Shown: in pieces, positions 55,006 through 64,000 of the stretch
How the letters are laid out: each line of letters opens with the position of its first letter
Position numbering within the stretch: the stretch's first letter is position 1
Source of the DNA: Saccostrea cucullata
Taxonomy: Eukaryota
Reading direction: 5' to 3'
NCBI RefSeq assembly: GCF_032062105.1
Contig: NW_026929981.1
Coordinates: 186,001-250,000 of the forward strand
Length of the DNA: 64,000 bases
Translations under genes and position numbers: made by a program
The notes under the pieces: model-generated
Databases searched by the model: none
What the model saw: the letters and a program-made list of their open reading frames with translations, nothing else
Told to the model about the DNA's origin: nothing

Positions 55006-56548
55006 TACAAGGCCCCATAAACTAAAAAATAGACAAAATTTTGATTCTGAATAACTTAGATTTTATTCAACATATGTTTTTAAAATACTGCGTATTACAT
55101 GTATATTCAGATTCCAACAAATGATGCAAATTTAGTTTCATTATAATTTTTTTTTCCAAAAGTTATATTGATTTGAAATTTCGACTCGAAGTTAACTCTC
55201 AGTTTATGGTCATGGGTCCAGGTAAAAACTAAAGGTACTGTGAGCAATGCGCTTACAGAATGATACCCCTGCCTCCTTCATGTCCATCTCCCGCAGTGTC
55301 CAAGTTTTGCTTTGGGGAAACCCAAAATATGTGTCAGATCAAAGAGTAAAATAGCCAGTCACAATGGCAATTATATGTAATAAAGATTCTGGGAAAGTCT
55401 TATGAGAGGAGTTGCGGATAAGAGATGGGTACCCCAAAGCATAACAGGCGGACGAACGTACAGAGAGACGGATGGACAGACCTTTTCAAGCGGGGGTGTA
55501 ATGATATATATTATAGAACGGTCTATAGACATTGCAGAAATATGGAAGCAATACTCAAAAATTGCAACTGTAGTTTTATTCAGCTAAACCAATTTTATTG
55601 GATTAAAATGCAATCAGAAAAGCAATATATTACAAATTAATAACATGATAATATTTGTAAATATACGTTCAGTTTTATCACAATTATCACAATTATTAGG
55701 TTTTTAAAAGCATTTTTATATTACAATAGCAATGAATAAAAGAAGCCATAATACAAGTTGTATTAGACCTAACTTAATATTTGAAAAATGCTCATACTGT
55801 AGTTCTATATCAACCTATTGAAAACCTAAATCACTAAATAGAAAATTCTGTTGTTAAAACATTCAACAATAAATTTATCAAATATGAACATATAAACTAA
55901 CCAGTGTCAAAATACTTATAAATGGAACCCAGCTACCATGTACATGTAGTAGGATTATCAAAAGATTTTAAAGCAACGTATTGTTGATTTATGAAAAAAA
56001 TAATGCAGATAATCTATAAATCTACTTTCTGGAGACCTCTGAGAAAAATGAGTGAAATGTGTGGTAAAGATGTGTTGTAAGATTACAAGTAACTATTGAG
56101 TTATTTTACAATGATAATCAGGTTATATACATGTATAAAATCTTTAAAAGTCATTTTAATAAGACATCTTGCAATTGTCAAGAAACAAAATCAATAAGAA
56201 CACCACTACTTAAATATTCCCATTAAAGCACACATTTTATAAATCATTGTCTTAAGATTTCCCATTACAAGTGTCATATATTACATGTAACCATTGAGTT
56301 ATTTTACATTGATGATCAAGTTATACACATTTAAAGCTACTTTAATATGACATCTTGCAATTGTCAAGAAAAAAAAATTGTAAATAACAACACCGCTACT
56401 TAAATAATCGCATTAAAGCGCACAGATAAAATCAAGATTTCCTATTATAATTGTTATAGATAAAAGCCAACTAATAAATTGTTTGAATATATACTATCAA
56501 AAAGCTAGTAACACTGTTTTCCCCAGGATCTTCAACAAAAACATTTTT

Positions 56549-59500
56549 CTAACCGTATGTGTAATGAGTTTGGGCCATATGGCTATAACAATCGGTACTT
56601 GTTTTGAAATAAGCTTTGCAAAACCAACAAATATGACATTTACACTGAGAACATGTCATATGATTACAGCCATCATATTTTTCTATACCTGTATAGCATT
56701 TTGGACAAAGATCTCTATTCAAAGTATCACGACGCATCCATTCACCAAGCCCAGTCTCGTCTAGCTGCTTTTCTTTCTGAAACACTGCACAGGATTTGCC
56801 CGTGTGGTATTCGACGTGGCACTTGCTACACAGTGCTGTGTGGCAGAGGAAGCACACAAACCTGCCTCCTCCCTGACTGACCTTGTACACCATCTGACAA
56901 TCAGGTGTGATGCAGTACCTAGCTTTATCTGTATTCTGGGCGGCGTAGCAGGAAACCGAAACATCTATCAACGTTTGAGTCGTACAGAATCCGAATTCCT
57001 TCATGTTATTAAAATCACTCCAAGCCCAGAGCATATCACAACCTTCATAACAGCAACGTAGGGGAAACTCTTTTGTGCTTATAGCAGAATCCAAATGCAA
57101 CCTCACACAATCCCTGCAGTATGCGTGACCACAAGATTCTAGTCGGTAGAGATCACATTCGGATATGGAGCAGAAACAAATTCCACATTCTGGATCGGTG
57201 GATGGTATTTGGTGTTGATTGTCTTCCATCAACACTTTCGTAAGTGCGTCAATGTCATTAATTGCCAACTGTATTGCTCCATCGGAGCCTAACATTTTAA
57301 TCTTATGTCTTCTATGGTCAAGTTCTACGCTGGACAAATGTGATTCCACTTTCAATCCTTGAAGGTCTACACCATGCATCTGTATAATTCGTTTCATCAA
57401 TCCAGGAGGCTTGGTTTCGCCCTTCAAATCAATCCACCTAATCTTTGAGGAGGCCAGTTTTTTAATATATTTTTGGATTTTTGAAATTGCTGAAGCCCGA
57501 TCATTCTCTTTGCCATGAACGGAAATAGTCGTATTTCTGTCGTTCAAAATTACAAGAGTGTGGGTTTTCTCCATTATTTTCTCAGCTTTGCTCCGTCCGT
57601 CCCTTGTGAACATATATCTTATACTTGGATTATCTTCCATTTTTAAGATTTGACCTTGAAGAAGATTTTGTATCTTGTCCTTATCATATTGTCTACGCTT
57701 TCAGCTTCTATATTCAGAATATAGTTACCCGTTGTGTTCTGCTTTATATCAACAGTTACTTGATCTTTCTTAGCTTTAACACAAAAATCTTTGATATCTT
57801 TACTAACCCGTTTGAATACCCGTTCCAGTACATATAAACGAGTGCGAATTTCTGGAATAACAGTAACGACATTGCCAGTGATGAACAACTGGTTTTCGCT
57901 TTGCAATTTAGCGCAGACCTCATCACCTTGTTCTGCGTCAGTAAAGGTTATAAAACCGCTGAAGTTATAGTCTTGCGGTCTGGGTTCTCTTATATGTACA
58001 TTGAATCTGTTTGGATTCACGATTTGTGAAATATGCCGTTCAATTCTTCTCTTATGTGTGTCCATTATTTCCCTTGTTGTAATTACCCTCTCGCGTGGTA
58101 CAAAGATTTTTCCAATTTGATTTTCGGGTATCTTGAAGGCCTCCACAATTCCTTCTCTCAAAATGCCTTCATTGACAAGATGATCGAAACCTTGAACGTA
58201 CAATTGGTCAGCGTTCTCTCTACTTCGACTAATTTTAACATTTGATCTACCAACTGAGACTTGTATCATCGTACTTAAAGTCAAAACGGTTTCCAGTGTT
58301 TCCGAATGCATAATTTGCACGAACCCAAATCCTCGAGATTGTCTGCGACACCACATTATTTTGGCTTTAAAAGCATCAGAATCCTCTGTTTTCCAACCTG
58401 GGGGTTTAATGTGAACTTTAGAAGCACTGTGACCTGATACAGTATACGTAACTGCTTTCTTCGCAGATTCGCTATTCTCAAACACTACTTCACCACGGTA
58501 TCTTTGAGTAGTATTTGCTGGAGATTTCTTTTGAAACTTTCGAATTTCGCCAAACTGTTTCATCCATTCCACTAATTCTCCGTCAGATTCAAATTCATCT
58601 GCTGAGCAGTATACATAAACATTGTTATAATCATCTTCACACAACAAATCTTGTATTAATCCACCTGGTCCAATGGATAGTTTGACATTATAACACCTAG
58701 GATAGATAGGAATGATAATCTTCTCCTTTCTTACATTTTCTCTAATCTGATCAAGTTCCATTTTCAGCGTTTCTGTTGCCACTTCATCCTTATCTGCAGG
58801 TGCATAAATAGTAAGTTCGCCCTTATTTCTGTCTGCATCAATTACAAAGACTGAATCTGTATTTTCATTTTTTAGCTTAGTTTCGAGATCCTTTGCATGT
58901 TTCCACCCTTTACCCACAAATTTGTACAGAGTATGTGATCCAATGTATTCTGTATAAATTGGTTCAATTCTTTTCCTTTCAATTCCTGTTATGTCAAACT
59001 TTATTTCATTTCTTTTTAAGGCTTCATGTACGTCGTCTTCATTTACTTCTGTTACATTAACGGCAAACTCTCGAGATGTGTTCAAAACTTTTTCAATTAT
59101 AACCCATTTTGGATATAATGCAAGAGACTGGAAAGATGCAGACGGATGAACAGTCATTTGCTGGTCTTTGTCAATGGAATAATACCCAGCCTTTTCATGC
59201 CCAAGGAAGTAAGAAAGGTTGCTACGAAAAGCCTTGAAGATAAGCTTTTGTAAATTCCTCTCATTCCTGCCTACATCTTTTAATTCAAACTTTATTGTTA
59301 TATTCATTTGATTTTTCAAGATGAATCTGATCTCGTTTACAGTGTCTCGAATACTTCTCATGGCCCTTCCATTGATGGAGTTATCCAAGCACCATTGACC
59401 TTTCTCCTTCTCGGGAATGTAATGCCATGTCTTAAAGACACTTAAAAATGTGAAATGGTCACCTTTGCTATGACAGAAAGGAATTTTTAATTTGTCACAT

Positions 59501-61737
59501 CTATCTTTCTGTTCTTTAGTTCCAGCTCTGTAAAACAAGTTCCCACTCACTGTGCATGATGCCGCAATTATGATAGCATCTAAACCAACCTTCATCTCAA
59601 TTGCATCATGAACAAAAACTCCCAAATTTGGGTCCAAGGGTAGTTGAGCAATCCAGCGCCCTAGATCTGTAATTTTCCCATTTTTAACTGCTGCAAGATC
59701 GACCAATTGCTGAAAGGCTGTTTCCATTGAATTATTTGGTGGTGCCTCGACAAAATCGAAATCAAGAGGGTTCACATTCAGTTGCATCAATTTCAGAATG
59801 GCATGACCGATATGAATTCTCAAAATTTCTGGAATAGAACAGGCTGCCATGTTGTCATAAACTTCTTCGGAATAAAATCGGTAGCATTTCCCTGGGGCCG
59901 TTCTCCCCGCTCTTCCTTTCCTTTGATCTGCGGAACTTTTTGTTATTTTAATAACTCTTAAAGAGTTCACTTTTTTGTCGGGGTCATATTTCATTTCTTT
60001 TGCAAGCCCAGTGTCAATCACATATTTCACTCCAGGAATTGTTACAGAAGTTTCTGCCACATTAGTGCTAATTACAATTTTTCTTTTACCCAGTGGCGTT
60101 TCTTTGAAAATTTTGTTTTGTTCCTCTGTTTGAAGTTTACCATGAAGTGGCAATATCCAGTGATCAGTTCTACCCTCAAGTTCCCACTGCAGTCTTTCTA
60201 TACACTTTTCAATTTCCAACTGACCTGTGAGAAAAAGTAGAATATCACCAGGGGGTTCTTTATCATGGATTTCTAACGTCTTTTCAACTGCTTTTCTTTC
60301 ATATTCTTCCAAGTCTTCATCTTCAGAACATGTCTCCCATTCTATATCGACGGGATACATTCTGCCAGGTACTTTAATCACTGGACAGTCTTTAAAATAT
60401 CGAACAAAAAGTTCTGGATCAATTGTTGCAGACGTCACAATGACACGCATGTCATATCTCCGAGGTAAACACTTCTTTATCATGCCAAGCAAAAGGTCCG
60501 TGTATATGCTTCGCTCATGTGCCTCATCAATAATAATGCAGGAGTAATCATTTAACAAAGGATCTTTGATGCATTCATTTAACAGTGTATGGTCAGTCAT
60601 GTACACTACTTTTGTCTGGTCAGAAACTTTCTTCTGAATTCCACATTGATAGCCCACTATATCTGCAACAGTAGACTTCATTTCACTGGCGACCCGCTGT
60701 GCAAGACTTGCAGCTGCAACTTTTCTAGGCTGTGTGCAAACAATACGGCCATTGGAAGGCAGTTTAGACTGCAAAAGATATTGTGTTAATTGTGTGCTTT
60801 TCCCAGATCCTGTTTCGCCAAGAAGGATGCATACTTGATTTTGTAAAACAGAATTGACTATCTCTGAGCGCTTAGCATAAATAGGCAGTGCTTGCTCTAG
60901 CCTTGAAAACTCTATGTCAAATTCCCTGAGCAGTTGATCTATGTAGTCTTGTCTTACAGAAATTCCTTCAAACTCATTTAATCGTCTTTTGATATCTTCT
61001 ACAGAACTTTCAAACTCGAAAAGTTGATTTTTAAGTTCCAAAATTTTACTTTCAAGTGTTTTTGTCTGCATTTCTCTCTTTGTCTGCATTTGGAATTCAG
61101 GAACGGGAATATAATTTGTCTTTTTCTTGGTTTTCTTTGTTCCAAGAAAATCTGATAATTCTTGTTTGGTTTTCGTAATTTTTTCTTGATGCATTCCCAT
61201 TATATGGATACTACGTTCCTCAACATTCTGTAGATTTTTATCAATAAATTCTTTACTCACTTTTGCAACTTCCTCTCTTAAAAAACGGCAGCAAAAACCT
61301 AGACTTCTAGTTTGTCGCATCCACAGCTGAAACTGTTTATAGGCATTGTTGCTTGGGAAATGAATCCAGATGGAAGCAGATAATCCATTAGGATTTGTTG
61401 TGAAAAATTCAATGTTAAATTCGATACCTGATGGCAACTCTCTCTTTTTTAAGTGTTCCAAGAAAGTTTTTTCTTCTTTGAATGGGTGGTAAACAATGAG
61501 ATTGTATGTCGGCCCTGGTTCAGTTAGTAATCTTTCACTTTTCTTGTGCAGCATTTCTGACGGCTGTTCCTTGTTTTTGACATGTTTGGGTGTTGGTGTT
61601 GGTGTGTCTCTCGACTCCCCCTGAGGAGGTTGATCCTTTGTGTCTCTCGGTCTCTGATCTCTGTAATTTCTGCGCCCGCCACCACCTCGCCTCTGATTTC
61701 CTCTCCCTCTGTTACCACCGGAACGTCTTCCATCCAT
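56549..61737 (-). CDS. Paralogue C: DEAH helicase-RRM/KH-RBR E3 ligase with RGG N-terminus, ~1731 aa after restoring a 7-nt deletion at ~57672
   Basis: ORFs 61737-57643 and 57640-56549; all helicase motifs, RGFGFVQI, RING2 CPKC...DGCNHMTCSQC. The junction MIRTR/QNLLQGQILKMED aligns with paralogue MVRTRNKVQELLEG with 7 nt missing. Confidence 0.88.
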
Positions 61738-62465
61738 CGTTGTGTATCTATAATTTCAAAGAATTGTTCAGTATTTTAAAAAAGTTTAAGGACATACGCA
61801 AAGTATCCATGTACCTTATTTACTGATAATTTTTAAGATATTCTTGATTTATGATTATACATTGTAGTGCCATCAGATGTTCATAGGCAAAAAAAAGTCA
61901 GCATGCAACACCAGACGTTTTGAAAAGATATCAATTGAAAATTATTGTATAATTCAAAGAAAAATATATAAAAGATATTGAACATATATTCTATGTGTTT
62001 TGTTTATCCGAAATTGTTTTAGAATAAGTGTACAACAGCATTCATATACATTAAAATCTAGTACACTGTTCCTTTAAGTATTGGAACTCTTCAACTCAAG
62101 TGAAAAAGACAATAAAATTCAAACTACGTTGCATATGTCCTTAAAAACTTATTTTATCTGACAAAGTAATTCCTAGTGAAATACCTTTTGTTACTTGGAA
62201 CTTCTGTTGAATTTTATTTAAACATGCAGTATTGTTTAAGTCATCAAATAGGTTAGGTGTTCATTTATTTTTGGATTTACAGTTTCCAGTTCTATTTATA
62301 ATTTGATATAGATTCTTTAAATAAACCCTGGAAAATTGAGATTGCTATTTTTAAAATGTCATAAATATACAGCTGATTTCAGGTATTTATAAAGAAAATA
62401 GTAGATTTTTTTTATTTACTCTTTATACTGAACAATAAAATTTCGACAATATACATTGTTATAAT

Positions 62466-63069
62466 TAGGGATGTCAAAATTGTCAATAATTGAATATACG
62501 ATAAAATAAATATTGTTATAATAAAATCAGAATAAAAAATGTTCAAAAAATGCACTACTATTTTTCAACATATAAAATGTAATGATTGTTTGTTTTTTTT
62601 TGAAAATTCAAAAGATTCTTTAGTATGTTCCAAATTAATTGATCGTCTCACTAAAGCCTGCACTGATAACTCTTACAAATATATACCAAGCAGAACAAAA
62701 TATAGCAATTACCTTTTGCTAATTATAACATAATGATTTTTAATGATATTTAGATAAACAAGAATACTGTAAAACTGGGTCCTTACAACAATGAAAGTTG
62801 ATTGTTAGTACTGGACACTATTATACCACTAATCAAGTGAACAAATAAATAAACTACTCTTAAATACACACTTCACACCTTTGAGGTAATCCAAGAGAAG
62901 TGTTTTTTTTAAATTTGTACAAACTTGAATTTCTAATAAAACTTTCCAGGTTTTTCTCTCTTTTTAATGCTTGTATACTTAAAAACGAATATTCGAATCA
63001 TAAATTTATATTCGAATATCAACTCATCGAATGAATATTCGAATATTCGAATATTCGTTGACATCCCTA
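62466..63069. mobile_element. hAT-type MITE, 8-bp TSD GTTATAAT
   Basis: TIRs TAGGGATGTCAA / TTGACATCCCTA; TSD at 62458-62465 and 63070-63077; subterminal (GAATATTC)n. Confidence 0.85.
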
Positions 63070-63420
63070 GTTATAATAAAATCAGAATGTTAGCCTATTT
63101 TTCAACTCGATGTGATTTTAGAACGTTACAAAATATACTCCTTATACATATGGATTATCGATATAACATACTGGTATACCATAAATTAAATTTTACCGGG
63201 TCAAAATGTAACAGAGAATATAAAGGAGCTAAATAATTAATAAATCCCATCTTGATTTTCTACTGTAAATGTGTGGTATAATTTTGTAGATATTCAAAAG
63301 TTTTAAGACGTCAATTGCTAAAGATAAATGACGAATAGACTGTCATTTCAATATCTATACTTGATGATTATTGATTTTAATTTTTAAAGCTTATTTGTCA
63401 AATAAAAGCAATGCACATAC

Positions 63421-63580
63421 CCTAAATTGTCTTTTTGTCTATCAGAAGTCCATATATATTATCCGACAGATAGCAAGTAACTGTTGAAATACAGGTGATG
63501 ATGTCATTGGAAATCAATGTGCTTGTTTCGTTTTGAAAATAGAAGCATTGTGCGAATTTCAGAAAACTTGTTTCACTTTC
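63421..63580 (-). promoter_or_regulatory. Putative first (5'UTR) exon of paralogue C with IRF-E GAAAGTGAAAC
   Basis: Donor AGG|GTATGT after 63421; GTTTCACTTTC at 63570-63580; second weaker site AAAACGAAAC at ~63525. Confidence 0.55.
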
Positions 63581-64000
63581 TTTATACTTTCTTGAAAAGA
63601 CTTTTTATGAGGTCGGGTATATATAATGATGTTTTTATTTTCGTTTTTAAAACTTTATTTTACTTTCTCTTTTTCGAGTATAAATAATAAAGGTAGGATA
63701 TATTATAAAATCTACCTTTTTAAATGGGTGGGTGGGGTGTAGCGATATTGGAAATGTTCCTATGGTAGCTGATTTATAATTGATATAACTTTCAAAATGA
63801 TCCAGGTACCATGAAAAGAAAAATACCCCCATTTATTAATCATGTGTATGTTAAGCATATATATGATCTTTACACATTAAATACTTTTATTGATTTCTAT
63901 ACCAAAATTTGAATGATGGATACTTAAACGTAAATACATTTATCAGGCTTACACAAGTGATTCAGTGTTTAATATGGCCATTCATTGATGTTTTGGATTT

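Noticed and set aside
15043-57680. Programmed ribosomal frameshifting as the explanation for the split ORFs
   Set aside because: The breaks are at four non-homologous positions with different signs (+1, +1, -1, -7). I saw no X XXY YYZ slippery heptamer, and the homologous region is continuous in the other paralogues where alignable.
15043-57680. Small introns at the frameshift sites
   Set aside because: Paralogue alignment leaves no extra sequence to splice out.
12237-61826. Many plus-strand ORFs antisense to the helicase genes
   Set aside because: Shadow frames of K/E-rich coding sequence (F/S/L-rich) with no motifs.

Overview
AT-rich eukaryotic DNA, most likely from a bivalve. The repeats (CvA/Cg170-like Helentron-associated satellites, a tRNA-headed SINE, Penelope and Hero remnants) resemble those of oysters. 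The core is a minus-strand tandem array of three paralogues (A 12222-20236, B 40470-48688, C 56549-61737). Each encodes a giant DEAH-box RNA helicase fused to RRM/KH RNA-binding modules and a C-terminal RBR (RING1-IBR-RING2) E3 ubiquitin ligase, the architecture of plant DEAH11/DEAH12. Each CDS sits in a single 5-8 kb exon behind a splice acceptor exactly 10 nt before the ATG. Each is broken only by one or two small indels, which may be assembly errors or very recent alleles. Between A and B lies an intact 5-exon, 403-aa gene that the ORF track shows only in fragments; splicing assembles a PD-(D/E)XK-type motif (PD...EVK). All four genes have an IRF/ISRE-type element (GAAANNGAAA-like) just upstream of their predicted first exon or ATG. 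Inference: an IRF-inducible antiviral cluster of RNA-sensing ubiquitin ligases plus a nuclease-fold protein, with paralogues diversified at the N-terminus (myristoylation motif in A and B, RGG box in C). The rest of the window is MITEs, non-autonomous Kolobok/hAT-like elements, Helentron-satellite elements and retroelement debris. All assignments come from reading motifs by eye; no searches were run.
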